Made by a program: the position numbers and the translations under genes. From Thermofilum adornatum (lineage in GTDB: Archaea > Thermoproteota > Thermoprotei > Thermofilales > Thermofilaceae), in NCBI RefSeq assembly GCF_000446015.1, contig NC_022093.1, forward strand, positions 390,001 through 422,000: a DNA stretch of 32,000 nt, given 5' to 3'. The notes beneath the pieces were generated by a model. The model made no database searches, had not been told where the DNA came from, and saw only the letters and a program-made list of their open reading frames with translations. Positions 16,446 to 27,399 of this stretch are shown piece after piece; the stretch's first letter is position 1; each line of letters opens with the position of its first letter.

Positions 16446-16904
16446 CTACCCCTCTATATCCTTGTTTGTTAGGCTTTTATATAGTTCGCCCAGCGTTATG
16501 TATGGGACTAGCTCGTTCTTGTAGAGGGCGGCGGGTATCTTTACCTTATTTGCGTCTGCATACTCGGACGGGGTACCAATGTAGACATAGAGCCTCTTGA
16601 GGGCCTCTCTGCCCATGGCTTTTTCCTTCGGCAACATCCCCCTAACCATCCTCTTGAAGAGCCTGTCAGGCGTCTTTGGATATTTTGGTCCCCTCATGTC
16701 GGGGTTGTAGTATGTCTTCCACTCTACCCATCTCTTACTGTACTTCTCTACTACCCTCTGGGGCTTGCCGGTTAGGATTATTTTTTCGGCGTTGACTACG
16801 ACTATTTTTTCTCCTTTTAGGAGCTCCTTAGCTATTACGCTGGCCAGCCTCCCAGCTATGTGGCCGGCCCCATCAATAACTATAACTTTTTCCTGTGTCG
16901 CCAT
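16446..16904 (-). CDS. rpl13: 50S ribosomal protein uL13
   Basis: VIDGAGHIAGRLASVIAKELLKGEKIVVVNAEKI matches uL13. It lies 6 nt upstream of uS9. Confidence 0.94.
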   Translation of the reverse strand: MATQEKVIVIDGAGHIAGRLASVIAKELLKGEKIVVVNAEKIILTGKPQRVVEKYSKRWVEWKTYYNPDMRGPKYPKTPDRLFKRMVRGMLPKEKAMGREALKRLYVYIGTPSEYADANKVKIPAALYKNELVPYITLGELYKSLTNKDIEG

Positions 16905-16918
16905 TCTACATCACCTTT

Positions 16919-17281
16919 CTACGCGATTATTTTTACACCTTTCCCTTCTGGGTTCTGTTCAAGGAGCTCTTCGATAGATAGAAGCTTCACGTTTCCGTCG
17001 AGCCTGCGGGGGACCGAGCGGCTGAACCTCCAAGCAGCAATGGTAACGTTTGTTTTTGTTATTGTTCCTCCTCCTAGGAGCTTGCCTGGTACAACTACTA
17101 CGTCTCCCTCATTTATGTACCTGTCGATGTCGCCAAGGTTTACTTCTACCCGTTTCCTCCGCGGCCTCTCGAGGAACTCTGCGACGTCTCTCCATACTGG
17201 GGCATTATACATCCTGCTGTACTTTCTAAGCTTGCTTATCAGCAGTCTTAGATGTATGTTTGTGGGTCCTGTTCTCTTCAT
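16919..17281 (-). CDS. rpl18e: 50S ribosomal protein eL18 (L18e)
   Basis: TGPTNIHLRLLISKLRK and VVVPGKLLGGG match L18e. Its position between rpoD and uL13 is the conserved one. Confidence 0.9.
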   Translation of the reverse strand: MKRTGPTNIHLRLLISKLRKYSRMYNAPVWRDVAEFLERPRRKRVEVNLGDIDRYINEGDVVVVPGKLLGGGTITKTNVTIAAWRFSRSVPRRLDGNVKLLSIEELLEQNPEGKGVKIIA

Positions 17282-17326
17282 ATCAACACACCTCTTTATT
17301 CAAAAAAACAGTAGATAAAAACTTTC

Positions 17327-18199
17327 TCATTGGGGTTGAACCTCTCCTGCCAGAGCTTGTTTAACGGATTCTTCAACTAGATGGCTGAACCTCTCAGTTT
17401 TCTTTATTAGGACGTCGATTGCTGTCTCAATGATTTTTTCGGGTGGGAGGGTGCCAAGCGTCTCCATGTTGAACTGTATCACGTTGGGGTTATACGTGAC
17501 CTCGACGGCTTCTGGAAATGCTTCTACGCATTCCTTGCAGAGCGAGCATGCCCACTCGTTTAGGACGACTAGTTTTCCAGAATTGTAGCCGAAGACCCTC
17601 CTGGGGCAGGTAGCTATAATTTTAGAGACATAGTCCTCGGGGAGATCTTCCTTTAGGACCCTTATGACTGGCTTAAACTTGTAGCCTACGGGGCCTACGG
17701 GCTGCCACTTCGCGTGTTCCTTTCCTGTCCCCATCCTTGCAATGGCAGTCAAGACGAGCCTCTGGCCTTTGGCCAGCTTTGCGATGGGGATATTCTTTGA
17801 GACTGGCTCTATGCTTGATGCTTCACTTGTGATGACTGCGCCCTCGACGCCTTCGAATCTGAGGTGCCCGCTGAGGACGGTTTTCGGCCTTTCCACGGCC
17901 TCCTCGTCGAGCGTAAAGATTACCTGTGGGTCTTTTCCATCCTCGTAGAGTTCTCTCAGGGCGTCATAAGTCTCAGTGTCCACCTTGAGGGGAACCATTG
18001 CCAGTCGGTGGGCGATCATTTCGTCCCATAGAACGCTGGTATTTTCCTGTATTATTACTTCGTCTATTGCGAGGGAGGGCGTCTCAGATATTATTGCGCG
18101 GCGTAGCGCGTTGGCAAACGCTGGGGTAGCGTCTTCAAGCTGGAATATAACCTTGTTTCCCTTCTTGGATAGAAGGCGAAATTTGGGGGGATTAGACAC
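17327..18199 (-). CDS. rpoD: DNA-directed RNA polymerase subunit D (Rpo3), with a Cys-rich Fe-S-type domain
   Basis: ANALRRAIISETPSLAIDEV matches Rpo3. The cysteine cluster is CPRRVF...CSLCKEC. Confidence 0.92.
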   Translation of the reverse strand: MSNPPKFRLLSKKGNKVIFQLEDATPAFANALRRAIISETPSLAIDEVIIQENTSVLWDEMIAHRLAMVPLKVDTETYDALRELYEDGKDPQVIFTLDEEAVERPKTVLSGHLRFEGVEGAVITSEASSIEPVSKNIPIAKLAKGQRLVLTAIARMGTGKEHAKWQPVGPVGYKFKPVIRVLKEDLPEDYVSKIIATCPRRVFGYNSGKLVVLNEWACSLCKECVEAFPEAVEVTYNPNVIQFNMETLGTLPPEKIIETAIDVLIKKTERFSHLVEESVKQALAGEVQPQ

Positions 18200-18205
18200 G
18201 AAGCC

Positions 18206-18658
18206 TTACCTCGTTGGTTTCTGCTTTCTGCCTCTGAGTATCTCTTTCAGCGAGACGCCGTTAACCTTGATTACCTTCCATCTTACTCCTGGCAGGTCTC
18301 CATATGCCCTGCTTTCTGGTCCACCGATACCCTCGATTATTACCTCGTCGTGCTCGTTTACGAAGAGGAGCGCGCCGTCGCCTGGGAGGAAGGCTGTCAC
18401 GACTTTGCCGTTCTTTAGTAGCTGTACCCTGACACATTTACGTACAGCGCTGTTGGGCTGCCTGCTCTCGATACCCACCTTTTCTACGACTATTCCCCTG
18501 GCCTGTGGGGCTCCCTCGAGGGGGTCTACTTTCTTTTTGAGCTGTAGCATGCGCCGCTTGTATTCGAGGTCGCTCCACCTGAACTTTTTCCTCTTGAGTT
18601 CTAGTTTCCTAGCGGCAAACATTCCACGAGGAGACTTACTTCCTGGCAATCTATACAC
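18206..18658 (-). CDS. rps12: 30S ribosomal protein uS12 (GTG start)
   Basis: [14 protein letters not shown] and [28 protein letters not shown] match uS12. Confidence 0.94.
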   Translation of the reverse strand: MYRLPGSKSPRGMFAARKLELKRKKFRWSDLEYKRRMLQLKKKVDPLEGAPQARGIVVEKVGIESRQPNSAVRKCVRVQLLKNGKVVTAFLPGDGALLFVNEHDEVIIEGIGGPESRAYGDLPGVRWKVIKVNGVSLKEILRGRKQKPTR

Positions 18659-18680
18659 CTCGACTTTCTTTAATTGGGCT

Positions 18681-18690
18681 TTTTATAAAG
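18681..18690 (-). promoter_or_regulatory. internal TATA box upstream of uS12
   Basis: On the minus strand, CTTTATAAAA is centred about 28 nt upstream of the GTG at 18658. It follows a T5 tract just after the nusA stop. Confidence 0.5.
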
Positions 18691-18740
18691 TTTTTTGGTC
18701 AGGCTCCTGGAGAAATAAAAAGTGTAGAGACAATGGGCCT

Positions 18741-19190
18741 TCAAGCGCTTGGCTGAACCCTTACCTCTGTTACACCGTAGTATCTTCCAAGGATGAGCCG
18801 CGCTCGCTGAACGTTCCTGCCGTTTCTGCCGATGGCTATGCCGACCTGGTCAGGCGGGACAATTGCTATGACTATTTTCCTGTCGCCCTCCTCCTTTAAT
18901 TTTACCTCGACAACCCTCGCGGGGAAAAGAGTCGACTTTACGAGCTCCTCTAGGTTTGACCCGTCCTCGACGACCTCTACGTCTTTTTTGAGAAACTCTT
19001 TGAGCATCCTGATCTTGGAGCCGGCTTTGCCCACTGCGAGGGGTGCCAGGCCCCTATCTACGAGGAAAATGTATCGCTGGAAAGCCTCGTCGTAGAGAAG
19101 ATCCTTGGGCGGTATCTTCGTGATGTCCTCAAAAAAACTCATCAACTGTAGCTCTTCGTTTGTTAGACGCCTGTTCGCGCCGGCGCTCAT
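18741..19190 (-). CDS. nusA: archaeal NusA-like protein (two KH domains)
   Basis: The KH GxxG motifs are VGKAGSKIRML and GIAIGRNGRNVQRARLILG. Its position between eL30 and uS12 is the conserved one. Confidence 0.9.
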   Translation of the reverse strand: MSAGANRRLTNEELQLMSFFEDITKIPPKDLLYDEAFQRYIFLVDRGLAPLAVGKAGSKIRMLKEFLKKDVEVVEDGSNLEELVKSTLFPARVVEVKLKEEGDRKIVIAIVPPDQVGIAIGRNGRNVQRARLILGRYYGVTEVRVQPSA

Positions 19191-19507
19191 GCTTGTCCCT
19201 TTACGAGGTCTAGTAGCCCGCTCTCGCCCTCGTCTATGACGGCTATAGCCGAAACAAAGAAGGGCTTGTTACAGGCTGCGCCGAGGTCTTTGCTTGACCC
19301 CTCGAACACGTATAGCGGTGTATTTGATATTTTCGCCTTGTACTTTATTTCCTCGGCCACGATTGTGGGGGCGTTTTTGGCAAGGATGACTAGCTTTGCT
19401 TTTCCAGTTGAGAGTAGCTTTATCGTCCTCCTAGAGCCTAGCACGACCTTGCCAGTGTTTATGGCTGTCTGTAGCTCCCTTATGAAGTCTGCACCCATAC
19501 CGATCAC
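19187..19507 (-). CDS. rpl30e: 50S ribosomal protein eL30 (L30e)
   Basis: [37 protein letters not shown] matches L30e. It has 4-nt overlaps with both neighbours. Confidence 0.9.
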   Translation of the reverse strand: MIGMGADFIRELQTAINTGKVVLGSRRTIKLLSTGKAKLVILAKNAPTIVAEEIKYKAKISNTPLYVFEGSSKDLGAACNKPFFVSAIAVIDEGESGLLDLVKGQA

Positions 19508-20715
19508 TGTTTGGGAAATTCATACCTCATTTTTAATTTTACTGCGCCTGTACCCAGGGGTATAGGCCTGCTACCAATTATAACGTTTTCTATGACTCCC
19601 CTCAGCTCGTCCACTTCGCCCCTCAGCGCGGCCTCGACGAGGTTCTTGACTGTTACCTCGAAGCTTGCCCTCGCGAGTACGCTTCCCTTTTCGCCTGCCA
19701 CGCCGTGCCTGCCGACCTGCCTAACCTTGCCGGAATAGGTCATCGCGTCTGCAACCATCATGATGTGCCTGTAGTCCACGTCTAGGCCGTGGTCGTCTAG
19801 GACCCTCTTTATCTCCTTGATTATCGCGTTTCTCGCCGCCTCGATGCCGAGAACCTCGTATATCTCCATTATGTTGTTTGTAGTCGTCCTGGTCGGGTCG
19901 ACCCCCTCTATGCCTAGAACAGCCTTCAGGTTGCTTCCCTCTGTCAGAATAACGTACTCCACGAGCTCGCCGTTGTCGTCCCTCACAGGCTTGACAATCG
20001 CGTGTTTTATGCCCTTTATGCCCTTTATCCTGAGTCCCAGAACCCTGTCATACATCCTCCTTAGCTTCGTCAACTCTTCTAGGCCCGTGTAGAAAATCAC
20101 CGTGTTGCCTTCCCGCTCGATTCTGCCCTTCTTACCCTTTACCTTTTCAAGCGCGCTCTCTACGTCTTCGAAGGTTACACCCCTGTTCTCCATCATCTCT
20201 GGGTCAAACTCCATGATGATGGCGAACTGGTAGAAGTCTATCGTGATCGTGTTGCAAAGGTTCTCGATTGTGGTCAGCTCTATCTCCTTCGCAATCTTAA
20301 GCGCGAAGTCGAGGTCTTTGGCGTGGCTGGGGTCAAGATAGATCTCCATCAGAGGCGTCGACGGCTCGCGCCTCAAGTCGACTATTTCTATGAGGCGCGG
20401 CAGTCCGAGCGTCACGTTTAGCTCTCTTACTCCTGCAAAGTGGAAGGTTCTTAGGGTCATCTGGGTTGCAGGCTCTCCAAGGGACTGGGCGGCAACCATT
20501 CCTACGGCTTCTCCCGGCGCAACGAGGCTCGACAGGTATCTGCGTATCGCCTCGTTTATTACTTGTAGTGCCTCGTCCCTGGTCAGCTTTGCGTCGAGTA
20601 TTTTCTGGTACAGCTCTTTGCGTAGGGAGAGAGGCAACGTTTCGTGGTATTTCTCGATCTCGTTCCAGAGCTCTTCTGGAGACATAACGTTTGCTTCCTT
20701 ACTCATGCCTTTCAC
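19504..20715 (-). CDS. rpoA2: DNA-directed RNA polymerase subunit A'' (Rpo1C)
   Basis: [25 protein letters not shown] is the trigger-loop region. It overlaps rpoA1 by 17 nt. Confidence 0.95.
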   Translation of the reverse strand: MKGMSKEANVMSPEELWNEIEKYHETLPLSLRKELYQKILDAKLTRDEALQVINEAIRRYLSSLVAPGEAVGMVAAQSLGEPATQMTLRTFHFAGVRELNVTLGLPRLIEIVDLRREPSTPLMEIYLDPSHAKDLDFALKIAKEIELTTIENLCNTITIDFYQFAIIMEFDPEMMENRGVTFEDVESALEKVKGKKGRIEREGNTVIFYTGLEELTKLRRMYDRVLGLRIKGIKGIKHAIVKPVRDDNGELVEYVILTEGSNLKAVLGIEGVDPTRTTTNNIMEIYEVLGIEAARNAIIKEIKRVLDDHGLDVDYRHIMMVADAMTYSGKVRQVGRHGVAGEKGSVLARASFEVTVKNLVEAALRGEVDELRGVIENVIIGSRPIPLGTGAVKLKMRYEFPKQ

Positions 20716-23374
20716 CCCTCATCGCAAGAACTTTCTTAATCAACTTGTCTACGTCTACCGGCTTCCCGTGGTCACTCCTAGACGGGTCGACGCCGTCCTC
20801 GCCGTACCTGTACTGTATCACTAGGCCCTCGCTGTTCCTCACGGTGCCGTCGTAGGACACGTAGAAGTCCTGCATTGCGCTCTGGAGCCTGCGGTACATG
20901 TATCCGGACTGGGCAGTCCTAACGGCCGTGTCTACCAGTCCCTCTCTTCCAGAAATCGCGTGGAAGAAGAACTCTTCTGGGGACAGGCCCCTGCGGAAAG
21001 AGCTCTGGACGAAGCCCTTGGCCTGTGGAGACAGGTCGTTGACAGGGAAGTGTGACAGCGTCCTACCGCTGTAGCCCCTCTCTATCCTCTTGCCCCTAAC
21101 CGACTGCTGTCCGACAATCGCGGCCATCTGTGTCAGGTTCAGCATGCTTCCCCTTGCTCCCGTCCTAGCCATTATGACCGCGTGGTTAAGTAGTCCAAGG
21201 TGCCTGCTAACTATTTCTCCAGCCCTCGTCCTCGCCTCAGCCAGCACATTCATTATGAGGTCCTCGAGGGTCTCCTTACGAGTCTTGCCCGGCATCGGCT
21301 GGAGCTCTCCAGACCTGTACTGCTCTATGAGCTCCTGGACCCTCTTTTCTGCCTCCCTTACTATTTCCTGCACGTCCCTCTCTGCCTCTGGGGGTATCTC
21401 TACGCTGTCGACACCCATCGTGAAGCCGTACTTGTCGAGGTACTCTACAAAGACCTTAAACATGCCGTCCATTAGCTCCCTGGCCTTTTCCACGCCGTAT
21501 TCACGTACAATCTCGTGTAGGACGGTTCCATGCTTCTCTGCGCCGATAGCCTGCTTATCAAAGACTCCTAGCAGGAGCTTGCCGTCCTTGATCAGGATGT
21601 AGCCGTCGTTCTCACAGTACTCCTCGTCACATTTCCCAGAAGAGGGTGCAACACTTGCGCGTCCAACATAGTTGAGGCCCTTTGGCAGAAACATGCTGAC
21701 TAGCTGTTTCCCTGTCCAGTAGGGCCCCGGCTTGAGTATCGCTGGCTCGACTAGGGGCTCAGAGTTGTTTCCGAGGTAGAGCAGCCTTAGGGCCTCCTTC
21801 TTGTCTAGGAGCGTGTCCTTCCTAGTCAACAGGTAAGCCCCAGTAATATAATCGTGTAGACCACCGATGATCGGCGCCCCATATCGCGCCGTCATGATGT
21901 GTCTCTCCACGAGCATCAGCTCCCTTGCCTCGGCCCGGGCCTCCTCGCTCTGCGGCACGTGTAGGTTCATCTCGTCACCGTCGAAGTCCGCGTTGTAGGG
22001 TATAGTTACGAGGAGGTTTAGGCGGAAAGTCTTGTATGGGAGAACCCTCACCACGTGTGCCATTATCGATATCCTGTGTAGCGAGGGCTGCCTGTTAAAC
22101 AAGACGATGTCGCCGTCCATGAGGTGCCTCTCAACAATGTAGCCCGGCGCCAGGGCCTGGCTGAGCTCCTCCCTGTGCTTAGCGAATCGCAGGTCAATCC
22201 TGGACCCGTCCGGCTTTATGATGTAGTTAGCGCCTGGCCAAACGTCGGGGCCATTAATGACGAGCTGCCTCATTTTCTCGATGTTCCAGGAGGTGACCTT
22301 TTCGGGCACAGTCAATACCTTTGCAACGTCTATCGGGACACCGACCTCGTTAATGCTGAGGTTAGGGTCAGGAGAAATGACCGTCCTGGAAGAGAAGTCT
22401 ACACGTTTCCCAGCAAGGCTCCCCCTAAACCTTCCCTCCTTGCCTTTCAGACGCTGTGCAAGGGTCCTAAGGGCCCTTCCAGACCTGTGCCTAGCAGGCG
22501 GTATACCTGGAAGCTCGTTGTCGAAATACGTCGCGACGTGGTACTGGAGAAGACCCCAGAGATCCTCGATAACTAGGGATGGGGAGCCAGAGTCAATGTT
22601 CTCCTTGAGCCTCTGGTTGACACGGATAATGTCGACAAGCTTGTGTGTCAAGTCGTCTTCCGAGCGGTCTCCAGACTCGAGCGTGATAGACGGCCTAACG
22701 CTTGGAGGAACAACGGGGACAACCCTTAGAACCATCCACTCGGGCCTAGCCTCCTTGGGGTCTATGCCTACTACCTCGAGGTCCTTGTCGGGTATCCTTG
22801 AGAGGCGCTCCCATATCTCTAGGGGCGTCAGCCTGACAAGGCCCTCCTCCCTCTCCTCGTAGAACGTGTAGGGCTTGTCAACCTTGATCTTGTACTGTGG
22901 GGCGTGGCAGTGGGGGCACTCCGTTGCCTTTGCGGCCTCTTTTAGCAATGTGTTGGCGTACTTTATCTTTAGGCTGGGCCACTTGCGTGAATAAACCTCC
23001 ATCCTTTTCCTGGCCTTCTCTATGCGCTCCTCGTCGAGCTTAAGCCTGCCACACTTGCTACAAGTAGCCTTCAGGAGCAAAGCGATATACGGGGTGAACT
23101 CTGGGTGGACGACGGGCCGGGCCAGCTCGATGTAGCCAAAGTGCCCGGGACAATTCGTGAACCTATTGCCACACGTCTGGCAGACAGCTCCAGGCTCTAT
23201 TGAGCCCATCCTCCTGTCCATCAGACCTCCTGGAATCGGGAAGCCCTCGTCGTCGTACAGCTCGCTTGTCTCTATCCTTAGGACGGCGAGCTTCCTAATC
23301 ATTTCTGGCGAGAGAATGCCGAACTTTAGCCCGGCAATTATCTTGGACGACTCGCGTGTACTCATACCCATCAC
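20699..23374 (-). CDS. rpoA1: DNA-directed RNA polymerase subunit A' (Rpo1N)
   Basis: It has the zinc motif [24 protein letters not shown] and the catalytic [13 protein letters not shown]. Confidence 0.97.
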   Translation of the reverse strand: MMGMSTRESSKIIAGLKFGILSPEMIRKLAVLRIETSELYDDEGFPIPGGLMDRRMGSIEPGAVCQTCGNRFTNCPGHFGYIELARPVVHPEFTPYIALLLKATCSKCGRLKLDEERIEKARKRMEVYSRKWPSLKIKYANTLLKEAAKATECPHCHAPQYKIKVDKPYTFYEEREEGLVRLTPLEIWERLSRIPDKDLEVVGIDPKEARPEWMVLRVVPVVPPSVRPSITLESGDRSEDDLTHKLVDIIRVNQRLKENIDSGSPSLVIEDLWGLLQYHVATYFDNELPGIPPARHRSGRALRTLAQRLKGKEGRFRGSLAGKRVDFSSRTVISPDPNLSINEVGVPIDVAKVLTVPEKVTSWNIEKMRQLVINGPDVWPGANYIIKPDGSRIDLRFAKHREELSQALAPGYIVERHLMDGDIVLFNRQPSLHRISIMAHVVRVLPYKTFRLNLLVTIPYNADFDGDEMNLHVPQSEEARAEARELMLVERHIMTARYGAPIIGGLHDYITGAYLLTRKDTLLDKKEALRLLYLGNNSEPLVEPAILKPGPYWTGKQLVSMFLPKGLNYVGRASVAPSSGKCDEEYCENDGYILIKDGKLLLGVFDKQAIGAEKHGTVLHEIVREYGVEKARELMDGMFKVFVEYLDKYGFTMGVDSVEIPPEAERDVQEIVREAEKRVQELIEQYRSGELQPMPGKTRKETLEDLIMNVLAEARTRAGEIVSRHLGLLNHAVIMARTGARGSMLNLTQMAAIVGQQSVRGKRIERGYSGRTLSHFPVNDLSPQAKGFVQSSFRRGLSPEEFFFHAISGREGLVDTAVRTAQSGYMYRRLQSAMQDFYVSYDGTVRNSEGLVIQYRYGEDGVDPSRSDHGKPVDVDKLIKKVLAMRGERHE

Positions 23375-26300
23375 CTATGCATGTACCTTGTCTTTTAACA
23401 GTATCTTTACTGAGAGGCCTAGACCCTGGAGCTCCTGTAGCAACAGCTTGAACGCATAGGACACCTCTACTGGGTGCAGGACACCCTTGTCCCCACACAC
23501 TGGGCATACGGGGGCGTTCTTCTTCGCGTCAAACCACCCCATGTAGCCACAGTTCTCGCAAACCCAGATAGTGGTCTTGTCCGAGCTGTCTAGAAGCCTC
23601 TCCCTCAGCAACATGGATGCACCGTGACCGACCAGGCAGTCCTTCTCCATTTCTCCGAACCTTAGACCGCCCTCCCTCGCCCTTCCCTCTGTTGGCTGCC
23701 TCGTCAGTATCTGGACTCTTCCCCTTGCACGTGCATGCATCTTGTCGGCTACAAGGTGGTGCAACTTTTCATAATACACCACGCCGATGAATATCTCTGC
23801 CTCAAGCTTCTCTCCGGTTATACCGTTGTAGAGGACTTCCTTGCCGTCGCTCCTGAAGCCATAGCTCTTCAGTATTTCACGTATGTCTTCCAGCGACGGG
23901 GGCTCGAAAGCCGTGGCATCTATACGCGTGCCTTTGAGGGCCGCCGCCTTCCCAGTTAGGGCCTCCAGCAACTGTCCAACGGTCATACGTGACGGGATGG
24001 CGTGGGGGTTGATCAATAGGTCAGGCGTTATGCCTTCCTCGGTGAACGGCATGTCTTCTTGTGGGACAAGCATGCCCACTACTCCTTTCTGTCCGTGGCG
24101 CGACGCAAACTTGTCTCCAAGCTCTGTCGGCCTCAGGTCCCTGACCCTTACCTTTACGAGCTTTATTCCTTCCTGGCTCTCCATTATTAGAACCCTGTCA
24201 ACTATACCCTTCTCGCCGTGCCTCAGGGTGACAGACGTGTCCTTCCTCCTAGACATGACCCTCGGCTCGAAAGTGCTCGTATAGAACCTCGGCGGGCTCG
24301 TCCTGCCAACTAGAACCTGGCCTCCGTGAAGCTCTGACTCCACGTAGGCAATGCCGTCGACTGGGTCAACGTTTTCGTATGCCTGTGCCGACTTTATGTC
24401 GAGGAGCTCTTCCTCCATCTTGGGCTTCTCGATCCTGTCCTCAAGGCCGCCCGGGTACCTCCTCTCCTCGACCTCGTACGTCCTGAAGAAGACAGACCTC
24501 GACATGCCACGCTCTATCGCGGCCTTGTTTATGACGACTGCATCCTGGATGTTGTATCCACCGCTCGTCAGCACTGCTACGACCATGTTTGTCCCGTAGG
24601 GCAGGTTGTCGAGCGGGATAAGGTCGAAGATGCGTGTCTTTACGAGTGGCTTCTGTGGATAGTACATTACATGCATCCTGGGATCCATCCTAAGCTTGAA
24701 GTTGTAGTGGGGTATGCCTAGGGACTGCTTGGCCATTGCCGCCTGGTAAGAGTTTCTCGGAGACTGGTTGTACTCGATGAACGGAATAGTCAAAGCGATT
24801 ATCCCCAGCATTGCCGCAGGCACAATCTCCATGTGCGTGTGCTGGGGAGTAAGCTGTGAGGGGTCGCTGGCGACAAGCGCGTTTTCCTCTTCCTCCGCGT
24901 CTAGGTACTCAACGATGCCGTTCTCTATGAGGTCGCTCCACGTCCACTGGCCCTTCTTAAGCAACTCGACGTGCTCGTGCGTGAGCTTGGGGACACCGTT
25001 CTCCACGATTATTAGGGGCCTCCTAATCCTCCCTGCGTCACAGTTAATGTATACCTCTTCTATTGCACCCTGGACCCCGCCAACATTGTACTCGCTAATG
25101 TAGTAGGCCACGTTTATCTCGTGGCTTATCCTTCCCTCCCTCCTCAGCTTCCTAATTGTCCCGGCCAGCTCCCTCCCATTCTCCACGTAGCCAATAAGCC
25201 TGCCATTCAGGTATACACGGGCACCAGCCACCCTCTGCCCAATAGTCCTCTCGATAGGCGTAACCCCCAGCCTAGAAACAAGCAGATCATAGACCTGCTT
25301 CTCGTCCGCCCCGTTCGAGACAGTAGCAAGGAGCGCCAGGTTCTTGACCAGCCCACAGTTCTGCCCCTCGGGGCTCTCGACCGGGCAGAGCCTCCCAAGC
25401 TGCGTAGAGTGGAGCTCCCTCGCCTCGAAGTGTGGCTGTGTACGGGAAAGCGGCGAGACAACCCTCCTGAGGTGCGACAACGTAGAAAGATAGTTTGTCC
25501 TGTCGAGGATCTGGCTCACGCCCGTCCTCCCGCCCACCCAGTTGCCCGTAGCCAAGGCGTGTTTAAGCCTGTCAGTAATGATGTCGGGCCTAGCAATACT
25601 GATCAGATTGATGTCCCTGGACTTCGTCGTGTGCCTCTCGATAGAGTAGGTCATCTCTTTGACAAGCTGCCTAAAGGCCACACGGAAAACCTGTGCAATG
25701 AGCTCGCCAGCGTGTCTAAGCCTCTTGTTGACAAGGTGGTCCTTGTCGTCTGGGCCACGCATCCCAAGCTTGAGCTCCAGGAGCCGCGACACCATCTGGC
25801 CAACAAAGAAGGCCTTCGAGACCCTCGCGTTCGGAGTTCTGCCAATATGTGGAAGGAAGTTCTCGTCTAGAACCTGCTGTGCACGCTCTATCCTCACGTT
25901 CTTGGGCTGTCCAGGCGAGACCCTCGAGCCAATGTAGTCCAGCGCCTCCTCCACGCTCGAAGCAATCTTGGTCTGCTCCATCAATACAGGCAGGAACTCC
26001 TGCTGGATAATAGGGTCGCCACTAATAGCGTAGACAATGTCCTTGTCCGTCTTCAGCCCGAGAGCCCTCATCAAGACAACTACAGGTATCTTTGTGGGGC
26101 ACGCGGGGAAAGAGGCATAAATCATGCCGTCCTTCGTCCTCTCGATCGTCAGGGGGGACCTCTGCCCAGAAGAAACACTGAAAACCTTCGCAGTATGCGT
26201 GACAGAGCTACTAGCACCACCATAGTCAACGAGAACCCTGTTCACGGCGAGGTCTTCCTGCATCACGATGACGCGCTCAGACCCGTTAACGATAAAGTAT

Positions 26301-26764
26301 CCTCCAGGGTCATAGGGATCCTCCCCATACTTGATGAGCTCGTCCTCGCTGGTAATCGTGCTGAGGACACACTTCTTGCTCTTCACCATTATCGGCAAGT
26401 AGCCTATGAACACTGACTCTGTCCTCCTCTCCTCCCCGTCCACGTAGAGGCTCATAGTCAGGTAGAGCGGGGCAGCATAGGTGATGTTCCTGAGCCTAGC
26501 AATCATAGGCGTCAAAGCCACGTCGGAGCCGTCCGCCTCGCGGAAAACCGGCTGGCCAACCTCGATCTTGCCGAACCTGACCTCGACGCCCTGGCTCTCG
26601 ACCTTTATTCCGCCTACCTCGTTAACTATTTCCTGCAGGCCCCTCTCGAGAAAAGCGTTAAAAGAGTCCAGGTGCTGCCTAACAAGCCCCAGCTCGTCCA
26701 CGTAAGCCTTGACAAGGGCCCAGCGGTCACTGCTAGACAGCCTAGCCACACTTGGTCTACTCAT
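23375..26764 (-). CDS. rpoB: DNA-directed RNA polymerase subunit B (Rpo2), unsplit
   Basis: It is 1129 aa, with [13 protein letters not shown] and the C-terminal zinc ribbon CENCGY...CPVCG. The stop directly abuts the rpoA1 start. Confidence 0.97.
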   Translation of the reverse strand: MSRPSVARLSSSDRWALVKAYVDELGLVRQHLDSFNAFLERGLQEIVNEVGGIKVESQGVEVRFGKIEVGQPVFREADGSDVALTPMIARLRNITYAAPLYLTMSLYVDGEERRTESVFIGYLPIMVKSKKCVLSTITSEDELIKYGEDPYDPGGYFIVNGSERVIVMQEDLAVNRVLVDYGGASSSVTHTAKVFSVSSGQRSPLTIERTKDGMIYASFPACPTKIPVVVLMRALGLKTDKDIVYAISGDPIIQQEFLPVLMEQTKIASSVEEALDYIGSRVSPGQPKNVRIERAQQVLDENFLPHIGRTPNARVSKAFFVGQMVSRLLELKLGMRGPDDKDHLVNKRLRHAGELIAQVFRVAFRQLVKEMTYSIERHTTKSRDINLISIARPDIITDRLKHALATGNWVGGRTGVSQILDRTNYLSTLSHLRRVVSPLSRTQPHFEARELHSTQLGRLCPVESPEGQNCGLVKNLALLATVSNGADEKQVYDLLVSRLGVTPIERTIGQRVAGARVYLNGRLIGYVENGRELAGTIRKLRREGRISHEINVAYYISEYNVGGVQGAIEEVYINCDAGRIRRPLIIVENGVPKLTHEHVELLKKGQWTWSDLIENGIVEYLDAEEEENALVASDPSQLTPQHTHMEIVPAAMLGIIALTIPFIEYNQSPRNSYQAAMAKQSLGIPHYNFKLRMDPRMHVMYYPQKPLVKTRIFDLIPLDNLPYGTNMVVAVLTSGGYNIQDAVVINKAAIERGMSRSVFFRTYEVEERRYPGGLEDRIEKPKMEEELLDIKSAQAYENVDPVDGIAYVESELHGGQVLVGRTSPPRFYTSTFEPRVMSRRKDTSVTLRHGEKGIVDRVLIMESQEGIKLVKVRVRDLRPTELGDKFASRHGQKGVVGMLVPQEDMPFTEEGITPDLLINPHAIPSRMTVGQLLEALTGKAAALKGTRIDATAFEPPSLEDIREILKSYGFRSDGKEVLYNGITGEKLEAEIFIGVVYYEKLHHLVADKMHARARGRVQILTRQPTEGRAREGGLRFGEMEKDCLVGHGASMLLRERLLDSSDKTTIWVCENCGYMGWFDAKKNAPVCPVCGDKGVLHPVEVSYAFKLLLQELQGLGLSVKILLKDKVHA

Positions 26765-27003
26765 CCCTTCATCACCAGCCTAAAGGCCACAGACTCCCCA
26801 GCAGTCGGGCTCTTCCTAATAATCATTACGACGTCTCCAGGCTTAGCCTTAAGCGCCCTCGCAACCGGGTCAGTAGAATAGATCCAGGGCAAGTCAGACT
26901 TCTTCAGGCCCATAGCCCTTAGAATCCTTAGAGCCTCCTCCTCAGACAGCAAGACATGTTTGGGAACCAGCTCATGTTCCAAAACATTGAACTTTTTCGG
27001 CAT
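26761..27003 (-). CDS. rpoH: DNA-directed RNA polymerase subunit H (Rpo5)
   Basis: It is 80 aa ([18 protein letters not shown]...[23 protein letters not shown]). An ATGA overlap joins it to rpoB. Confidence 0.92.
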   Translation of the reverse strand: MPKKFNVLEHELVPKHVLLSEEEALRILRAMGLKKSDLPWIYSTDPVARALKAKPGDVVMIIRKSPTAGESVAFRLVMKG

Positions 27004-27086
27004 AACAAACCCTTACCGCGTAGCTAGAAACTATTGACAAAAACTTGTTTTTTAAACTTTTCTTTCAAAGAAAAAACGAGAAAAAC

Positions 27087-27179
27087 TGGCGGGCCGGCCG
27101 GGATTTGAACCCGGGACCTATGGGTTAAAAGCCTCGACGTGCACCACGCCATCGCTCTACCTAGCTGAGCTACCGGCCC
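27087..27179 (-). tRNA. tRNA-Lys (anticodon UUU), with a 16-nt intron inside the 5-prime strand of the anticodon stem
   Basis: The reverse complement has acceptor GGGCCGG/CCGGCCC. Removing CGTGGTGCACGTCGAG restores stem ATGGG/CCCAT with loop CTTTTAA. The T arm is CCGGG-TTCAAAT-CCCGG and the CCA is encoded. A TATA-like AAAATTTTAAAAC lies about 30 nt upstream. Confidence 0.8.
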
Positions 27180-27399
27180 CACCAGAAACACAAAACACAC
27201 ATCAGGTTTTAAAATTTTTTGCGAATCATCTCGGCACTCTGCAAGGGAAAACTCAAGGCGCCTCTCCTACACACACCTCAACCAATAAACAAAAGACACA
27301 CATAAAGCCCAGTCACAGAACCCAATAGAAAGACACCCAAGCTCACCCAGCTAAATCTCTCAGATACCCGCGCGCTAACTCGATGAGATAAAGGACGAG

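Noticed and set aside
17976-18899. A 307-aa plus-strand ORF, together with similar long antisense ORFs at 25121-25870, 11509-12270, 22257-22862, 21090-21602, 6491-6892 and 19817-20092.
   Set aside because: They lie entirely antisense to well-identified conserved genes (rpoD, uS12, nusA, rpoB, fni, rpoA1, rfcL, rpoA2). Their translations are low-complexity and Ser/Pro/Leu-rich with no recognisable motifs. This is typical shadow-frame openness.
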